DNA of 64,000 nt, from contig MNCI01002465.1 of NCBI GenBank assembly GCA_015680685.1, positions 747,488 to 811,487 of the forward strand, in the 5' to 3' direction. The translations under genes were made by a program, and so were the position numbers. This document shows, piece after piece, positions 1 to 12,815 of this stretch. The notes under the pieces are model-generated. The model was not told the origin of the DNA and ran no database searches. It was given only the letters and a program-made list of their open reading frames with translations. Positions within the stretch are counted from its first letter, which is position 1. Each line of letters starts with the position of its first letter. Source of the DNA: Gnetum montanum. Lineage: Eukaryota > Plantae > Gnetophyta.

Positions 1-1891
1 ATAGATTAAGGCTAGGAAGTTACAACTAGATAACATCATAGTTAAAGGCTAGGATTTTATTATTTTATCATTTGGAAATGTCCATAAATCCTTTTCCTTT
101 TTCTTAAATCATTATATATATGTATTTGAAAAATTAGTCTCCTTTTGTCGTCAAACCAAAACTGTACTTGTTTGCTTTAGTTGTGATTGGCTGCCTTCTT
201 CATCGTTGAATGTAACTGCTTCAACAGTAGTGTCTGTGTCCTGTGACTCTCCTCCTTACTCTTCTTCTTCTTCCTCCACATCCTAAGCGAGCCATGCTTG
301 CCTACGCTTGACGAGTACCTTGCCCCTGCAGGCATTGTCGAGCTTGATGGTGATGGCCCTCCCCTGGAACTCCGCTCGCGCGCTGTGCCTCCTGTGGCCG
401 CATCCGCTGCTAATACTCCACCCACGCATAGTCCTTTTTGCTACCGTTCGCGGGCATCCGAGGCACCTAAACTCTAATAAGCCCTTTCCGATGGCATCCA
501 CACCCGATTTCGTACAAATGGACTTGCCAGGCGAATCCTGAGGTTGTGCGATCTTCTTTTTCTTTGGCTTCAAACCCCAGTCGATCGGGCTGAGCTTCAC
601 GCGCGCAGATTTGCCCCTTTCTCGGAATTCATCCTCCACCGACCTCAATTTTCTGCCCTTGCCGCGTGCAACGCCCCCATTCACCGTTCGTATGTCCCAT
701 CAATAGTGTCGTCGGAGGTGAAAGAGAGCAATTACAGTGAATGCCAAAACCCTGTACGAACATTCTAGAGTAGAATCCGTCGATTGTAGAAATTATCCAC
801 CATTGTTGAACCATGACGAAGATCGCCGGAGTAGTAGTAGTGCTGAAGAAATTGTTCCTACCATTGCTCTTTATTTTTTTTGCAGATTTTAAGATTCTTT
901 GTTGCTCTATTTCTGCTTTGCAATAATTTGATTTGCAGGATTCGGAATGTGGTTCTACCCTGTCTTTTCTGCAGCTTTTTGAAGTAGTTGTTATCAAACC
1001 CAAATGGTGTGACCGCGTCCAGCACCTAGAAGATGCCTGGCTTCCCAACAAATTGTGGACGCGTTGTCTCTAGCTGCCTTACGTAGCCTTTGCCCATGCT
1101 CCATGTGACACTATATGGTAATTAAACTGAGCATATGTTCCAGCTTTGACTTGAATCGAAACTACNCAGCTTTGACTTAAATCGAAACTACATATGTGCA
1201 GTATGGCTCTTCTGTGTAATGTTTTCTCTTTTATCTGTGGATCATAAACAAAATCTGAAAGTTTGCAATTATAATTTTTCCCTTTATCCCATATATGATA
1301 GCCTCTTGATGGTTATGGTAGAGCAGCAAAGAATTTGGCCATAATTTTGACCATGCTGGTGGATGTCTGTCAGCACAAACGTAATATGAGATTTTCAGAA
1401 TAGAAGGTTCATGGCTCATGCTTTGGCCAGGTAAGTGTTTTAAAGGCAGAGTCTTTGACTGAAGATTTTGCTTGGTAGTTTCTGTTCCATGAAGTGGCCA
1501 AAATGTGCCAACAGGCGCCTTCATCTATGGGAAGCCAAATGAAGAGGATTCACAAAGCAATCCAAACGGCCCCATAGTAGCCAATTTAGTGATCAGCCTC
1601 CTATCGTCCTTCCCATAGGCACCATTCTATGAAGGCCACTATCGAATATGCTTTCCTTTCTTGAGTACCACACCCACTGTTCGATCCTCTACCTCTTCTC
1701 AATGGATTTGAATAAAATCATTTTGCTAGATTGCGCTTTCCCTAGGCTGATAACCTAGTCAATGTTGAAGGGTAGCTCCGTCCCCTATAGGTATCATCGA
1801 AGTTGTTACCCAAACCAAACCCACCTACAAACCTCAAATATACGCCTCAGCCGTAACCAACCGATTTCTTATATAAGAGCTGGATACATTG

Positions 1892-1924
1892 GGGGTAACT
1901 CAGGGAAAAGTTCCCCACTAAAGC
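1892..1924 (+). repeat. 33-bp hairpin repeat (AAAG-loop variant), followed by CCT
   Basis: GGGGTAACTCAGGGAAAAGTTCCCCACTAAAGC|CCT. Confidence 0.85.
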
Positions 1925-2045
1925 CCTTCTTCTTAATATGTTTTCCCGAGGATAGAGAAGCAATTTCAAACATCATTTTCTGGACTAAGACTAAAGCTTT
2001 TTAGACTATAATGTAATTGTTGTCACATTTTTCATAGAGGATAGG

Positions 2046-2078
2046 GCTAACGCAGGGAACGAGTCCCCGAGTTCCCCA
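2046..2078 (-). repeat. 33-bp hairpin repeat, reverse orientation
   Basis: AGG|GCTAACGCAGGGAACGAGTCCCCGAGTTCCCCA. Confidence 0.8.
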
Positions 2079-3418
2079 ATTTAAGAACTAAATTTCTGTC
2101 TTAGAGCTTGAGCTAAAAGTCAGGTAGTAAGAGGATGAGGACTGAAGAGACTAGTGCAGGTCTTACTAGTAATGAATTTCTTGATGTTGCTATGGGATAG
2201 TTTGTGGGGGAGTTCAATAATCATCCCTTCATGAAGTAAGTCAGGTAGTTAAAGGGCCAGGGATTCACCGACTCGGGCTCTTTTCGAGCTTGCCTACGTA
2301 TCTGCCGCACTTGGCCAGGATCAAGTCAGCACGTTAGAATGAAGAAGACAATGCGCAATTGAACCATAGAATAGGAAGAGAAGCTGCTGTGTGCAAGCTC
2401 TTTCTTTAGCATTATTAGTTAGCATTAGAATCCTGCCCTTCCTGTTAAGATGCGACGGAGCTCTCCAAAGGAATAGCAAGAGCCCGAGCAAGGAAAGGAA
2501 ATGGCATTTTGAACCAAATTCCCCCAGTTCCATAGAAGGTGTAGATAAATAAGTGGTCTTGGAGGAAGGAACTACCATAGTTGATGCATCAAATGCTAGT
2601 GCAATAATATGTGGAGCTGTTTGCAGGATAACAACACTTGCCTTCAAGCTTGAAACTGATTTACCATGAGAGTCAGATTAAGAGTATAATGTAATATATC
2701 CCCAAGAACTAAAGGAGCGGCACATGAATACTTGGAATGAGTGTGTGGTAATTCATTGGGATGACCATCGGGGTACTTACTTGAGCAAGGAGTAAGCCTT
2801 CTCTGTTTCTTTGGTCCCTTCATTCAAAGCATTGAAAGAGAAAACAACCCGAAATGCCTTAAGCGCGAAAAGCTGTAGAAGCAACGAAAGAAGAAAAGAA
2901 ACAAAGCATATTCCCATATCAATACCTTGATCAAAGAAAGAACATACCCCTAAGAACAAAGGGAGTGGTTCGATTTCCTTTAGCGGGGCTTCAAAGCATT
3001 ACGCTTGTGCTTCTTTCGAGGAAGCTAGCAGACTCATTCAATACTCCTATCTATTGAGCTACCTTTTGTTCAATTGGATACTCCTTTTATGTTGAAGCCT
3101 ACCATGGAAGGGCTCCAAAAACGTCAAAATATTGGAAAGCTTTCTTTTTCGAATTTAGAGCAAGCATAAAGGCATTGATGAGGGAGCAAGCAGAACGGAA
3201 AAATAGGGACAGAGGACCGGCGGGTAACCCGGAACGAGTCCTTACCCCTAATCCACTACCATTACTGCGTGTGAAGTGCACGAGGTAAAGGTAGTCTAGG
3301 GAATGCCATCAAGCAACCAATGAAATCTTTCCTTCAACCATCAAGGAATCAAGCAGCAAGTTCAGTCTTTTCGGCAAGTTCCAGGAAAGAAAGAAGCCCG
3401 CCCTTACTTATACAAATG

Positions 3419-4852
3419 CTAGAAGGAAAGAAGGCATTGGAGAATAAGTGGGTGTACAGGGTCAAGGAAGAACATGATGATAGCAAAAGATACAAAGCAA
3501 GGTTAGTAGTTAAGGGTTTCCAACAAAAAAAGGGAATTAACTACGCAGAAATTTTTTCACCTATAGTAAAGTTGACTACTATTAGAGTAGTGCTAAGTAT
3601 TGTGGCTGCTGATGATTTGCATCTTGAGCAACTAGATGTCAAAATTGCATTTCTACATGGTGACCTCGAAGAAGACATTTACATGACACAACTAGAAGGA
3701 TTCCAAGTTCCAGGGAGGGAAAATCTGGTGTGTAAATTGAAGAAAAGCCAGTATGGGTTGAAGCAGGCTCCAAGGCAATGGTACAAAAAGTTTGATGGAT
3801 TTATGTGTAAAAATGGCTCTGTTCAAAGTGAGATGGATCACTGCTGCTATTTCAAGAATACTAATGACTGTTATATAATATTGTTGTTATATGTTGATGA
3901 TATGCTAGTTGCAGGGACTAGCATGAAGGTAATCAATAGCTTAAAGCAGCATTTGACAAGAAAATTTGAGATGAAAGATTTGGGGCCAGCTAAGTAGATA
4001 CTTGGGATGAGAATATCTAGAGATAGATTAGAGGGATTGCTGAAGCTATCTCAAGAAAAGTACATAGGAAAGTTGCTGAAAAGGTTTAGTCTTCAAGATG
4101 CCAAGATCAGAAATACTCCTATGGGAAGCCATGTTCATCTCTCCAAGGAGCAGCCTCCAAAGACAGATGAGGAGAGAAAACACATAGCCAAAGTACCTTA
4201 TGCTTCAGCAGTTGGAAGCTTGATGTATGCTATGGTATGTACTAGGCTAGACATAGCTCACACAGTGGGAGTTGTTAGCAGGTTTACGTCTGATCCAGGA
4301 AGGGAGCTTTGGGAAGCTGTAAAGTGGCTCCTAAGATATCTGAAAGGAACTTTAGGTATGACACTTTGTTTTAAAAGGAGCAGCATTACTCTACAGGGTT
4401 TTTCTGATGCAAATTTGGGATGTGACTTGGATAGCAGGAAGAGCACCACTGGTTGTCTCTTTACCGTGGGCAACACGACTGTGAGCTGAATGTCTCGACT
4501 TCAGCAGAGCATTGCTCTCTCAACCACAGAAGTAAAATATATGGCTATCTCAGAAGCTAGAAAAGAGATGATCTAGTTGAAGGGTCTTCTAAAAGAATTG
4601 GGTAAGACACAGGACAACAATGAGCTTTTCACTAATAGTCAAAGTGCCATACATCTAGCTAAAAATTCAGTCTTCCATTCCAAATCCAAATACATTCAGT
4701 TGAGGTATCATCATATCCGGGAATTGATAGATGATGGAACATTATTGCTGGGGAAGATTCTTGGTTCAAACAACCCTGCAGACATGTTAACCAAGGCATT
4801 CACCTTTGCTAAGCTGAAACTTTGCACAACCTTAGCAGGCCTCCATGGTTAG
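3419..4852 (+). pseudogene. Ty1/copia pol fragment (reverse transcriptase + RNase H), 5'-truncated, with in-frame stops
   Basis: Motifs NKWVYRVK, RYKARLVVKGFQQ, QLDVKIAFLHGDL, YGLKQAPRQW, LLYVDDML, VPYASAVGSLMYAM and NNPADMLTK. Stops at 3995 (AK*ILGM), 4487 and about 4574. Confidence 0.95.
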
Positions 4853-4950
4853 CAATGAGGAGGCATTGTTTGTGGGATTAATAGCATCTATGGAATAAGC
4901 AAGGGAATAAGAGTTTTTTTTTTTGTTTGATCAATCTCCAAGTGGGAGAC

Positions 4951-5240
4951 TGTTAAGTTAAGTGGTGACTGATCCAACACGGGTTAAAACCAGTTAGCAG
5001 CAGTGAGCAATAGTTAACCAGTAGTTACTGGTTCCAAGAGTTAGTGGTTCTGGTCTAGTTTCTATTCTCTTCTATAACAACCCAAAAACATTCCTATAAC
5101 CATAATTGTATCTAGCAGAAATTATTTAATAACAATTCTCATGCATTTCCTGGGTGTGCTTGCTTAAACGCCATAAAAAGCTGTGTGTGTTGCCTGTGTT
5201 TTCCTTTTCTTCGGTTCTTTATCTATTCTTGAATTTAACA
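4951..5240 (+). repeat. 3' LTR of the copia element (290 bp)
   Basis: Preceded by the polypurine tract AAGTGGGAGAC. Termini are TGTTAA...TTAACA. No matching 5' LTR was found in the window. Confidence 0.8.
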
Positions 5241-5743
5241 AAGGCTTCCTTCAGTTCTTGAACTTTCTTCTCTTATGAAATATCTAGTTACCATCACAAA
5301 CGAGGACTCATACTAACTAAAGCACCGATAAGACCACACCAACACCGCTTCCTGATTCAATTGCTAGTCCTTTCACAACCAATTCTGGGCATCTTTCTAG
5401 CATTGTCGGAGAATCTTCTTCTTAAGATGTCAATGACAAATCAAATTTATAGAGTGAGATTCATACTTTATTCTTCAATAGCTGGGCTTTAGCAGGAACA
5501 AGTCCCCAAGTTCCCCCGGTTACATCCTTCTTTTATTCTGCAGTGGCAACTCCTACTACCACTAGCACTGGCACTTTCCACTTATTGGAACAGTAGATGA
5601 GTTCACTCTAACAACAGATATGGCCAATATCAATATACCTATGGAATCTTGCCTTTATGAGATCTTCCAACCCGATACATGATAGATTCTCTCTATGCCT
5701 GTGATGATATGATTAAGATCTTTCTGGGGAAGAACTCTTATTC

Positions 5744-5810
5744 GGGTGAAACGGAATCTCCCAACGTACGATTCCCCGCTAACATGGGGAACTTTTCCCC
5801 GAGTTACCCC
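5744..5810 (-). repeat. Composite hairpin repeat (33-bp module fused to the GGGAATCGTACGTTGGGAGATTCCC module)
   Basis: Reverse complement of the composites at 6974-7072 and 52638-52710. Confidence 0.8.
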
Positions 5811-6973
5811 ATTCAGCTTACCTCAAACGATAACCACATTAACAAAAATAGAATCAATTAGCTGGTCAAACAAAGGACAGTGGTGATGGATCTAGTTCTT
5901 AACTAGAGGGCACTCTCACCCCTATTCTCGGCTATTGCTGGTTCACCTGGATGGCTGCACGTGCGTGATGCATATGCTCACTTGCAAGCCTGGTATCCAT
6001 GGGGTGGAAAGCCCTGTTCGAAATGGAGTGAGGGTTATCCTACTGCTGGGGGGTCGGACATACTGGTAAATGGGCTGGCCACCCTGTATCAAATAGGGAG
6101 TTTCCTTATCTGCGAGGTAGCGGTGTACTCTATCTCGAATAAGGTGGCATAAGTGTTCTGCATTTCCTGGTTTGTGTTGTGAATTATGGTTCATTAACCT
6201 GGTTCATTCTTAACTTTGGATTCTGGAATCCAGGGATTTTCCTGATCTTCTAGGACCTACGGGCTTGAGTCATGTATAAGGAGCCGAAGGTTACTGGCAA
6301 GATATTCGATGTAAGCTGACTCAATCTGCGACTTAATCTGATTTTGGTCAGGCGAGTCCATATATCACGAAAATGGGTTACCTGTTGTACACCCCATTGT
6401 ACACGGAACAATTGCTTAGAGGAGGGGAATCAGATGGTTACTTTTGAGCTAATGGTAGTAGCTTGTTTATGCCGATCCATTTTCCCAGACCAATGATGGC
6501 CGTTGACACCCAGGTCTAGCGCTGGGATGCTTTTTCCTCTGACAACTCTCCGCCAAACGAATGGAAAATAAGCTAGCTTGGATCCATGCCCAGCGAGGAA
6601 GCAGAAAGATTAGGGAACTAAATGCCAAAATCCCCATATCCTACCTCAACAACACTAACCCCCACCCCTGGTTATCCCAGTCCAATGAGAAAACCAGGAG
6701 ACATGTGTTGAAACGCCCCTACAAGAGCGCAAGACCTAGAGAACTCTCTCTACCATGCTAGACTGCTATCCAGATATAGACATAAGCTTTCCACACATGA
6801 CGTAAACTAATCTTCCTTAACGTAGGTAAACAGCTGATAAGTGAACGTTCAACAACATGACCACCAAAATCACTCCAATAACAATAACCCAACTTATCTC
6901 AACTATGCACCGAGCTCACTATACTATAACTATAATATAAGAGTCTTCAAAAATGTACTTTATCATTGGATAA

Positions 6974-7072
6974 GGGGTAACTCGGGGACTCGTTCCCCGC
7001 GTTAGCGGGGAATCGTACGTTGGGAGATTCCCGTGTAACGGGGTAACTCGGGGACTCGTTCCCCGCTAAAGC
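6974..7072 (+). repeat. Composite hairpin repeat ending in a consensus 33-bp unit (7040-7072)
   Basis: GGGGTAACTCGGGGACTCGTTCCCCGCTAAAGC|CCT, with a 6-bp stem CGGGGA/TCCCCG. Confidence 0.9.
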
Positions 7073-8214
7073 CCTCTTTCTTCGAAGAAGTTCTGGCAAT
7101 AAGATATTGGAGTATAACTAACCATAACTGCCCTAACGACCAAGTAAACCGTATAGTACAAATACTGGAAATAGTACAAAGGCAAAACCCCACAGTACAA
7201 AGGCAAGTTTTCTTATAAAAAACCTCTCTAACTACTATACCAATTTACTGGCTTTAACCTAAACTAATGCTCCTGCGGAGACATGGAAACGAACACTACG
7301 TTCTCATAATGCACTCCTTACCACTGCTCTTTGGTTTGGACGCAACCATCTAGCTGGCATTCATATATCCACCACCAAGTGGCCCGTTCCGAGTGTGACC
7401 CTAGCTTCCTTCCTGAACCCAATCTAAACCAGTGAAACTTGGTCCAAATTTGTCACTGCTCTCAGTACGTGGTTTTCAGAGCCATGTCTCCCAAGTTAGA
7501 AACCAGTACATATGGCGAAGAGCAGTTGGGCATCTCTTTTTTACCCACCTCAGATAGTGGACCTTTTCCCATTCACACTTTCCTTTTTAACTGGTTGTTT
7601 TTCTGGTCCTGGAATGAGGGATTAGTATCAAAGAGACAGAGGCGTCACTGTTGGGTGGGCTTGACCTAGGTTTAGTCAGCTACAAGGTTCCAAATTTTTT
7701 GGTGAATGTAGCAAGCGTGACTCACTTATTTGATGTGGCCAACGGTGACTACTCGGGGCACATGGCGTCACACTTACCAGGTCGCGCTGCATTACACGAT
7801 GACTTGGTTATAGACCTACAACACGCTCGCACAACCAACAGAAGCAACTCACGCTTGCACTGTTCCTCAAAGTGGAGGAGAATAACCATAGAAATTCTCA
7901 TTGGGGATGGGGGCATTTTTCCCCATTCACTAGCAATGAGCAAAAGAGCAATGAGCCCATTTGAGAGTAGTCCTTAACTACGTTAAGCCTAAACTCAATC
8001 GCAAGCAAATCCAGGACCACTAGGTGAAACCTTACTACTACTACTATAGATTTAGGGGTAGCTACTCTAATAAAGGGCGGAATCTCCAACAAAATGAACT
8101 ATAATTGTTGGGATCTAAACTACTTTAGAATATTCCACTCATGAATCATGAAACCAAAAAAGGGAAGAGCTAGCGAGCTAATGCCCAACCCAACCCAAAA
8201 AAGGGTGGTGTTCT

Positions 8215-8287
8215 TTTTACCCGATATAGACATTACAAGTTTTTAGTCATGCCCTTCGGGTTGACTAATGCTCCCACGGCCTTTATG
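8215..8287 (+). pseudogene. Small Ty3/gypsy RT fragment
   Basis: Translates as [24 protein letters not shown]. Confidence 0.8.
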
Positions 8288-8850
8288 TTGAGGAGAAGTG
8301 GGTATTTGATGCATCTCTTATTTCCCCTTAGATGTCACTTCCTTGCATCAACAAGCAAGAAAGTGAGAAAATGATCGGTGGTACAAGAAAAGTCTCTGTC
8401 ATCTGGATCCTTTCATCGAGCAACAAATGGGGGGGGTGACCAAAAAATACACCACTCTTTTATCCTTTCATGTAGAAGAGTCTTTGATGGACTTTGAATT
8501 TGGACAGATCCAGTAGGCCTTCTTGCATGGACTTGGGCTTGCTTTGATGATGGGTAGGCTTGTTGTGCTTTGGCCCTTCTGTGGGCTTTAATCGAGGAAA
8601 GCAGGTTTGACAGGCCCAAGTCTTCATTTGTAGCACTTTGTGGGATGGGCCCGTGCATGTAGGCTTAGGTTTTCTTAACGTGGCTCATTTTACGACTCAG
8701 TACATCGAGTCCATTGGCATAGAAGAAGGAATCTCCTAGACCAGGACCAAAATGACTCTCACAAAAATATTGTGACTACAGTCTAGTCTCCCACTTACAT
8801 CATGCTCCCCCCTTTATGTCACTAAAGACACCACTTCTACAGTACATTCT

Positions 8851-9756
8851 TGTTGATGCATAAATTTTGGTCATGCCAACACTGGAAAAACTCATTTGAG
8901 GAGACTATAACCTAGGGCACCTCCTGTATGGGTACAGAAACCTAGGAATAGTCTCAGCTGGAAAGAGCCATGTGACCAAGTGATAGAGAGATAGAGAGAT
9001 AGAAAACATAGAGAGAGATAAAACATGAAAAAAACTAAAGGAGAGAGAAACAAGAACCACCGACAGGATGCATGGTTGTGTCGCCAGAAGGATCATGTGT
9101 AGTTGCGAATAAACATCACCAATGCCCTGCGGACCGCCAACTGCATAAACATCATGCACAAATCCACCATCCACCACATGCCATTTGCTGAAATAAAAGA
9201 AGATAGAGAAAAGATCCACCGATATGTTGCATGGTTGTGTTGCCGCAAGAATCATGTGTAATTGCGATCAAACATCACCAATGCCTTGTGGACCGCCAAC
9301 TGCATAAACATCATGCACAAATCCACCATCCACCACATGCCATTTGCTGAAATAAAAGAAGATAGAGAGAAGATCCACCGACAAGATGCGTGGTTGTGTT
9401 GTCGCAAGAATCATGTGTAGTTGCGATCAAACATCACCAATGCCCTGCGAACCGCCAACCATTGTTGCTGCACACACTGCCAACCACCCAGAGAAAGAGG
9501 AGGTTCAATCCATGGCTTCACGGCCCTAGCCTCATTGGCCTATGGCTTCTTAGCCTGACTTCCCCTCCTCTCCTCCCTCCAACTCCATCACCTTGATGGC
9601 TTTTTATAGCCAATTTTAGAGTTAGGGTAATCCATCTTTTTTTCTAATTAATTTTTTTTTATTTTTTATTTTTTATTTTTTATTTTATTCTTCTTTCTTT
9701 TTTTTTTTTAAATAAACAATGGCCCCATGCCAAGCATGGGCGTGTTGGTACCAACA
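8851..9756. mobile_element. Solo LTR (906 bp) with 5-bp TSD
   Basis: Termini TGTTG...CAACA, flanked by ATTCT (8846-8850) and ATTCT (9757-9761). Internal tandem repeat of about 158 bp, about 2.5 copies, at 9055-9460. Confidence 0.85.
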
Positions 9757-10290
9757 ATTCTACAGTACACTACTAGTCACACCAGCATCTTTCATGTCTT
9801 TTTCTCTGGGTTGTTCCAGCTGTAGTAGATTACTCTATGAGTCAGCAATGTGAGCCCCAAAGCAGTTGTTTGGTAAATTGACTCATAGGTGACTATGACT
9901 TCATAGTGCATCTCAAAGCTTGAATCACAGTGACCTTTTTACTTTTACATAGATACGTAGTTTAACCAATCGGGATACACACGTTTTATCATGAATCCAA
10001 TCTAAGCGGTTGACACGTATTAATTACGTGCGGCGTTGAAAGAGAAATTCTTAGACTAGTCTTTCTCCGGTCGCCTTAGGTAAATGCACCCTACGAGGCG
10101 ACTTACATGAAAGGAACCTCCAACTGACTCACTTCTCCCTTCCTAAATGCACAGAATCCACTAACTGACTAAGCTAGAGAACAGGAGACAAAAGGTCTTA
10201 CTGCTTCACTGAGCTTCTTTTAGAACTAGTAAAGGAAGGAGCTTTCCCTCCTAAGTAATAGCTTTCCACCAAGCTTGTCACTTTTAGAAA

Positions 10291-10323
10291 GGGGTAACTT
10301 GGGGACTCGTTCCCGCTAAAGCG
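10291..10323 (+). repeat. 33-bp hairpin repeat followed by CCT
   Basis: GGGGTAACTTGGGGACTCGTTCCCGCTAAAGCG|CCT. Confidence 0.85.
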
Positions 10324-11600
10324 CCTCCTTATTTATTATATTATTTGATAATTTGGAAAATGCATTTTATTTTATGAGATTATGAGATTATATATATATA
10401 ATATTTTCGTAACGAAAACCGCAGTACTTTTATAGGAAGGCCTATTCTAGACGCAGGTGCTGCTGTGATAAACACACAGTTCTTTCGACCGCTAAAGTCA
10501 ACCTACAACCCAAGCAGCCCCTTACCAATTACCAAGTCAAGTCTAAGACCATATTTAGCGAGTTCCCCGCTAAAGTGCCTCAGCTATTTTATTATATAAG
10601 TATAAGTAAAGTACAAGTACAAGAAACAAAGATACTGGAAAAAGACAAAGTCCTAGGCTCCTCCCGTTATGGAGCTCTGTTCTAGGCTTCCTTGTCCTTA
10701 GGCTCCTGACGCCGGTTGTTTTCATAGGGGGAGGGGTACTTCCCTAGAACAAAGGGTCCGTAGTTTTTGAGCCCAGATATTCTGCTCTCTTTTTATCAGT
10801 GGCCCAGTCCGGGTTTCAACGCATTTGCCCAATCTTTGGTCGAAGTCGGACAAACAACAACGTTTGTTGCCTTTTTCAGGATTGAAACATGCTTTTTTGT
10901 AGGATTTGATGATGTTGGGGTTTTTTGGAGGGTACCTCACCCGGACATTCGCGTTCAACATTTGAGATGTTTTCATCTCGCGTTTTTATGTATAGTATAG
11001 AACAATTGTGTATATCGAGTTTAGTTAAACTACATCTATCTTGATTAGACTAAATCACAAAATACTGAAGATTCCTTGGAAGAAACCTATCTATGTTAGA
11101 TATAGATTCCGCATAAACTGCCCATTCCGAGGGCATTGGGGCGTAAACGACTAGCGAGGAGGGTAACGACGACCAACCCAAAACTATCTAGCCTTTAGAT
11201 ACGGCTTGTTGTCAGCGTTGAACGGAAACGCAGCTGAGCACGGTAACCGCCACCACCGTTCTACGTCGCCCTACGTTACTCGTTCTCCTCGCCTTGGTAT
11301 ATCTCCCGTCTTGTTATCAGTATAGCGAAGCAGAAAAAAACCAAAAATGGAGGCTACGATCTGCCGGGTAGCTGAATGCAAACACGTCCCGTATCGTACT
11401 GACTCCTCCTAACATCCTTTGGAGCGAGGGATGTTTGCTCGAGCACGCCGATTCATCCGGGTTCACACCCTAAACCTCGTGCACTTTCGAAGGACAACAT
11501 TAAGTCTGACGTTACACATACCTCAGCCCAACTACCAAATCGAAGAGGGAGAGACGATAAGCGATCACATACACCTGCAACTGCACATCATACAAGAACT

Positions 11601-11633
11601 GGGGGTAACTCGAGGACTCGTTCCCGCTCACGC
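11601..11633 (+). repeat. 33-bp hairpin repeat inserted in frame in ORF 11419-11694
   Basis: CAAGAACT|GGGGGTAACTCGAGGACTCGTTCCCGCTCACGC|CCTCTAT. Confidence 0.85.
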
Positions 11634-12815
11634 CCTCTATTTTGGTGGTTTTCGAGATGTACGACAAGTGATCGCAAACATGTTTGGGCGATGATAACAT
11701 CGAGGTGGCTCGAGCTAAGTCGTCGAACCTGTTCATACCTCCGCGTCAGATGATGATTCCTTCATTGAGCGGAGCATGGTAACGCAGGGTTGAGCGGGAA
11801 CTTACACGGGCGTCGTTCGTCTCTCCAACATCCCCTGGTCGTTGGACTGCCTTTCACGTAACCGCAACCGTTACACCGGCGCGTTTCACGGTGTAACCAC
11901 GCCCTGCCATTGTGGCAAATGGCACTCGCTCAACCCTCTCCTGGCTGAGTACTACTCCGGTAGCATTTAACAGATATTCTCAAAGATGAGTACTACTCCG
12001 GTAGCGTTTAACTAGAGATATACCAAGCGCACGACCTACAGACGTTATCAAAGTGATACTGTATCACATACCAAAGATAACAACACTTTAGCAAGGGAGG
12101 GACTCAGACCTATTACCCAAAAGCGGAAGCATACTCAATTCATGTAATGAAAACATAATGCTTAGGAAGTTACAACGCCGCCCGCTATTCAAAAAACTAG
12201 CAGACATCAATACAAGGTATTGTTTGAACACGCGTGTATTGAAGGTGAGAGCCAGATTCCTTCGTTCATATTTTCATCCTTTTTTTATATATCTTTAAGA
12301 AAAAAACAGTTATTCGTTTTATGAAAAAAACAGTTATTCGTTAAATAACTATTGATTGCTTGCCTATAACGTCGTTGCACTAGTCCGGTTACTTTGATGA
12401 ATTCAATCATCCATGCTAGAGTAGGTGGATATCAACTCGGGTTATATAGAACCCAACCCGTTTTACATAACTCTTATGTAGGGTCCGGATAAGGCACCAT
12501 TCTAATTCTATTTATGTTTACATTCGGTCACCAACAGAGTAGAAATGCGGTAACCACATACGGGAACAAATACGTAAGCAACACGTATGTAAGTTTGCTA
12601 TCATATTACATATGTGGAAACCAGTACGTGAACCACGCAACGAGTTGATCATCAAAAAAGTAGTTTCATATACGTTACAGCGGAACAGGGCCACAAGCTT
12701 TTCCATGATGTCCGTATCGAAGGTAACGAGTGTTACGGCAAGGTCCAGTGAGGGACAGAACAATAGAGGTGCATGATCATAGGAGATATCCCTGATACTG
12801 ATACCTCTCCTGTTA

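Noticed and set aside
177-1051. Overlapping GC-rich ORFs
   Set aside because: No recognisable motif. Probably the interior of a nuclear repeat or gene fragment. A possible Harbinger-like end (CAATCCAAACGGCCCC, about 1558-1573) has no partner in the window.
1141-1191. 25-bp direct repeat around the N at 1166
   Set aside because: Typical unmerged contig-end overlap.
3320-3418. N-terminal extension on the copia RT ORF suggesting a fusion gene
   Set aside because: Chance read-through from flanking DNA into a 5'-truncated element; the frame stops at 3995.
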